Origin: Nitrosomonas europaea
GTDB lineage: Bacteria > Pseudomonadota > Gammaproteobacteria > Burkholderiales > Nitrosomonadaceae
DNA length: 32,000 nucleotides
Assembly: GCF_900167395.1 (NCBI RefSeq)
Contig: NZ_FUWK01000004.1
Coordinates: 60,001-92,000, forward strand
Reading direction: 5' to 3'
Of the stretch, positions 28,840 to 32,000 are shown piece by piece. Position 1 is the first letter of the stretch. Each line of letters begins with the position of its first letter. Position numbers and translations under genes: made by a program. The notes under the pieces were generated by a model. That model saw only the letters and a list, made by a program, of their open reading frames with translations, ran no database searches and was not told where the DNA came from.

Positions 28840-29538
28840 TTATGCTTCTATTTTCCGGGTATGCAAACCACATTCCCTGGATTCGGGATTCTCCCACCAC
28901 CAGCGCCCTGAGCGAATATCTTCACCCGGCGTGATCGCCCGGGTGCAGGGGGCACAACCAATACTGGGATAAAAGCGATCATGCAATGCGTTATAGGGAA
29001 CATCGTGCTGCCTGATGTAATTCCATACATCCTTCTCGGTCCAGTCACAGAGTGGATTGAATTTGTGCAGACCGTGATCGCTATCGTATGCCGATAGCTC
29101 TAATTCTTCACGTGTCGTCGATTGATCACGACGCATCCCCGTAATCCAGGCTTTTTTATCAGCCAGCGCACGTTTCAGAGGTTCAACCTTACGTATGTAA
29201 CAACAACGCTTACGCAAGGCAACACTATCATAAAACCCGTTTGGCCCATGCTGTGCTACATAGTGCTCAACAGCCGATGCATCAGGAAAATAAGCATGAA
29301 TGGAAACACCATAACGCTCTTTTACCTTTTGCATCAGATCATAGGTTTCCTCCGGCAGGCGCCCGGTATCCAGAGTAAATATGCCAATTTCAGGATAATG
29401 GCGCGCAATGAGATCCGTCAGTACCATATCCTCAGCACCAAAACTACTGGCAAACACGGCAGGAGAATAATCCCGCTGAATATTGCCTAACAAACTGTGC
29501 AACTGCTCAACCTTTTGCTGCAATGCCTGCTCACCCAT
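28840..29538 (-). CDS. cysH: Adenylyl-sulfate (APS) reductase, thioredoxin-dependent, Fe-S type CysH
   Basis: 232 aa with a CC pair (RKRCCYIRK), a CxxC (GCAPC) and the C-terminal catalytic ECGLH. The CC...CxxC signature marks the [4Fe-4S] APS-reducing subclass rather than E. coli-type PAPS reductase. Confidence 0.9.
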   Translation of the reverse strand: MGEQALQQKVEQLHSLLGNIQRDYSPAVFASSFGAEDMVLTDLIARHYPEIGIFTLDTGRLPEETYDLMQKVKERYGVSIHAYFPDASAVEHYVAQHGPNGFYDSVALRKRCCYIRKVEPLKRALADKKAWITGMRRDQSTTREELELSAYDSDHGLHKFNPLCDWTEKDVWNYIRQHDVPYNALHDRFYPSIGCAPCTRAITPGEDIRSGRWWWENPESRECGLHTRKIEA

Positions 29539-29694
29539 ATTAATAAGACGTTATTTTACCTGACAAACACCCATTCACAAAAACATCTACATAAGCTTAT
29601 CGATTCCGATTTGATGCGAATGCTATTGCACTATTTTTGTAGTGTGTCAAACGGTGCACAGCGCAGATAACACTATTTTTATGCTGCTCTTTAT

Positions 29695-29754
29695 AGTATG
29701 CAAGCATAGCAATTATATTTATAATTCAAAAGAATATTGAGTTAATTATATATT
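29695..29754. promoter_or_regulatory. Copy A of a ~60-bp AT-rich element shared by the cysH and cysJ upstream regions (candidate CysB-dependent promoter module)
   Basis: It matches the reverse complement of 31033-31092 at 55/60 positions by hand alignment (63/72 if extended to 29766 and 31021). It contains the dyad ATTC-N4-GAAT at 29724-29735. It lies ~155 nt upstream of the cysH ATG and ends ~5-16 nt before the cysB ATG. Confidence 0.6.
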
Positions 29755-29770
29755 ATTTATTTTTATATAG

Positions 29771-30727
29771 ATGAAACTTCAGCAATTAAAATATCTTCAT
29801 GAAATTGCAAAACAAAAGCTGAATTTATCCAAGGCAGCAAATGCCCTGCATACTTCACAACCTGGGATCAGCCGACAGATCCAGCTACTGGAACAAGAAC
29901 TGGGGGTTGAGATTTTCACACGTCACGGCAAACGTATTATCGGCATTACGCAGCCAGGGCTGGCGATCCTGCAAACTGCTCAGCGGATGCTGCAGGACGC
30001 AGACAACCTGAAAAAAATTGGAAATGAATTTAATGATAAGGAAAGCGGTACATTTATTATTGCGACTACTCACACACAAGCACGATATGTACTTCCTCCT
30101 GTAATCAAGCGCTTTATCGAACACTACCCGAAAATCAGGCTGTCCTTACGACAGGGAAGTCCCATAGAGATAGCCACCTGGGTTTCATCTGGTGAAGCCG
30201 ATTTAGCTATAGCAACCGAAGCTATCGAATTATTCGATAAACTTGTCATGCTGCCTTGCTACGAATGGAACCGCTGCATCGTTGTTCCACCCCGACATCC
30301 ATTACTCCAGCTTAAGGAGTTAACACTTGAATCCATCGCCCAATACGCTATCGTTACCTATGATTTTGCCTTTACCGGCCGCTCCAAAATCAACCAGGCA
30401 TTCGAATCCAAAGGGCTGAAACCCAATGTGGTACTGACCGCACTTGATGCGGACGTAATCAAAACCTATGTAGAAATAGGTTTAGGCGTAGGCATTCTGG
30501 CAAAGATGGCCTTTGATCCAGTTCGCGATAAAAAGCTACGGGCTATTGATGCCGCACATCTGTTTGAACCCAGCACTACCCGCATCGGCATCTGTCGTAA
30601 CAGTTACATTCGTCACTATGTTTACGATTTTATCGAGATGTTCGCTGCTCATCTCGACATGGAAACAGTTAATAAATTACTCAAAAACCCCGAAAATCAA
30701 CAGTTATCTATAGCCAACGATAAATAA
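29771..30727 (+). CDS. cysB: LysR-family transcriptional regulator of the cysteine regulon (CysB/Cbl type)
   Basis: 318 aa. The N-terminal HTH MKLQQLKYLHEIAKQKLNLSKAANALHTSQPGISRQIQLLEQELG and the block ATTHTQARYVLPPVIKRFIEHYP closely parallel E. coli CysB. It is divergent from cysH. Confidence 0.9.
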   Translation: MKLQQLKYLHEIAKQKLNLSKAANALHTSQPGISRQIQLLEQELGVEIFTRHGKRIIGITQPGLAILQTAQRMLQDADNLKKIGNEFNDKESGTFIIATTHTQARYVLPPVIKRFIEHYPKIRLSLRQGSPIEIATWVSSGEADLAIATEAIELFDKLVMLPCYEWNRCIVVPPRHPLLQLKELTLESIAQYAIVTYDFAFTGRSKINQAFESKGLKPNVVLTALDADVIKTYVEIGLGVGILAKMAFDPVRDKKLRAIDAAHLFEPSTTRIGICRNSYIRHYVYDFIEMFAAHLDMETVNKLLKNPENQQLSIANDK

Positions 30728-31032
30728 ATCTCTCGGCATGCCTCGATTGATGATCAGATTGCTTTCTGATAGACTCCGCCCCTTAAAATTTTCGGTACAT
30801 TTATCCGGAAAGTGGAGACAGCACGATATGAATAAATATTATTGCTGAATACACACTCCGCCGGACAGTCCGCAGTACCCACAGCAACAAAGCTTAATAA
30901 GCGAGCACCAACGCCATTGAGGAATAAATTTTCTGATCGGGAGTTAGGATAGCTCATATCCTTATAATTTTATATTTGATTGGCATCAAAAATTTCTGTG
31001 ACTATCCTGATGTCTTTTATATAACAAAATAC

Positions 31033-31092
31033 AATATGTAATTAATTTAATATTCTTTTGAATTATAAAAATAATTGCTATCCTTGCATACT
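31033..31092. promoter_or_regulatory. Copy B (inverted) of the ~60-bp element, upstream of cysJ
   Basis: It is the reverse-complement match of 29695-29754 (55/60) and lies ~165 nt upstream of the cysJ ATG. Relative to cysJ transcription it has the same orientation that copy A has relative to cysH. Confidence 0.6.
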
Positions 31093-31205
31093 CTTATTTA
31101 GAGAGTGATGTAACGCAAAACTAAAACAGACGCAAACGGTTTTTTTAATTGATTTGTCCATACCTACAAAATATTCAGGATATGTTAGTTACCCGCTGGC
31201 TATCC

Positions 31206-31225
31206 TATTTCTACGTATTTCTACG
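31206..31225. repeat. Perfect tandem duplication, 2 x 10 bp (TATTTCTACG)
   Basis: Read directly from the sequence: tatttctacg at 31206-31215 is repeated exactly at 31216-31225, ~30 nt upstream of the cysJ ATG. Confidence 0.9.
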
Positions 31226-31255
31226 TGTGAAAAACTTCCAAAATATAGAATAAAA

Positions 31256-32000
31256 TGATGGCATCACAACTCTCGAGGGGCACACTGACTGCGGAACAGT
31301 GGCAACTTGTCGAGGCACTAGGCTCTTCGCTTACGCCAGAACATGCATACTGGATCAGCGGCTACTTTGCCGGCCTTGGATCAGCTTTGTTACGCAGCAG
31401 CGGCACAGCCTCCCAGTCGCCGGATGTATGCATTCCTCCAGTAGTAACACAAGCAGAACCCGTTGCAGCTCGTTCACTTACCATTCTTCACATCAGTGAA
31501 ACCGGTAACAGTACTGAGCTGGCAATCCGTCTGGCAGCACTGGCCGTTGAGCAAGGGCTCAGTCCAACACTCGTTGGCATAGCTGATTACAAAGTTCGCA
31601 AACTCAAAGAAGAGCAGGATCTGCTGATTATTACCTCCACTCATGGAGAAGGAGATCCACCTCAGTCCGGAATGGAATTTTTTGAATTTGTCGAGGGGCG
31701 CAAGGCTCCCTCACTATCCGGGTTGCGTTATGCCATACTCGCACTGGGCGACATGAGCTATGAACATTTTTGTGGCGCCGGTAAACGTCTCGATGAGCGT
31801 TTTGAGGCATTAGGTGCAAAACGGCTGCAACCGCGCGTCGATTGCGATGTGGATTACGAAGACCCGGCAGCCGTATGGAGTACCGGTATACTGGCATTGC
31901 TCGCCGCCGAACAGGCATCGGCCATATCATCAGTCGCATCACCATCAAAGACAACAGGCGGTACTCAGCAAGCTAACAATTCAGTTTATAGTAAACGAAA
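31256..32000 (+). CDS. cysJ: Sulfite reductase [NADPH] flavoprotein alpha component, 5' part; runs off the window end
   Basis: This ORF is absent from the ORF track because it has no stop inside the window. My hand translation from the ATG at 31256 gives MMASQLSRGTLTAEQWQLVEAL... and the frame stays open to base 32000. Flavodoxin-domain motifs are present (LTILHISETGNSTELA, LLIITSTHGEGDPP, YAILALGDMSYEHFCGAGKRLDERFEALGAKR) and parallel E. coli CysJ. Confidence 0.88.

Noticed and set aside
30754-30957. 67-aa minus-strand ORF in the cysB-cysJ spacer
   Set aside because: Its only SD-like sequence is 1 nt from the ATG, which is too close. The product resembles no family I know. It may merely reflect a stop-codon-free stretch. 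I keep the region as a finding but do not call it a CDS.
1-32000. Search for CRISPR arrays, tRNA/rRNA genes, IS elements, integrases, toxin-antitoxin pairs or defence-island gene sets
   Set aside because: I found no spaced direct-repeat arrays, no tRNA-like T-arm or acceptor patterns in the intergenic regions, and no transposase, integrase or nuclease-like ORFs. The gene content is core metabolism, so I do not claim a novel defence or mobile system here.

Overview
This window is 32 kb of chromosomal, mostly housekeeping DNA. The dusB-fis-purH-purD synteny, split pntAA/pntAB/pntB and short-form hisG suggest a betaproteobacterium, possibly Nitrosomonadales-like, but I cannot verify that here. 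I call 29 protein-coding genes, two of them cut by the window edges. In order they are: a YoaA/DinG-type Fe-S helicase; a lipoprotein alpha/beta-hydrolase divergent from a small cupin; a minus-strand array exbD-sodB-hisG-hisD-ubiH-like-dusB-fis-purH-purD; purE-purK-purC; a conserved hypothetical followed by a membrane PAS-EAL protein; bfd-bfr plus a membrane-anchored Sel1-repeat protein; pntAA-pntAB-pntB; a 1183-aa multidomain Fe-S flavoprotein; cysH-cysD-cysN; cysB; and the 5' part of cysJ. I saw no rRNA, tRNA, CRISPR array, transposase, integrase or phage gene, and nothing with a defence-island signature. I do not claim a clear-cut novel system. Five items most deserve a second look. (1) The 1183-aa gene fuses an unassignable N-terminal domain to NfnB/GltD-like and NfnA/PyrK-like modules and sits between the sulfate-assimilation genes and the transhydrogenase genes. 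(2) A ~60-bp element, 55/60 identical, occurs in inverted copies on either side of cysB, so both the cysHDN and cysJ operons see it in the same orientation and at similar spacing. (3) The PAS-EAL protein has lost the DDFGTG metal-binding loop and is paired with an uncharacterised upstream gene. (4) A 19-bp-stem inverted repeat lies in the helicase/lipoprotein convergent gap. (5) Smaller oddities include an apparent gene remnant, a 10-bp tandem duplication, a candidate Fur-controlled bfd promoter and an orphan exbD.
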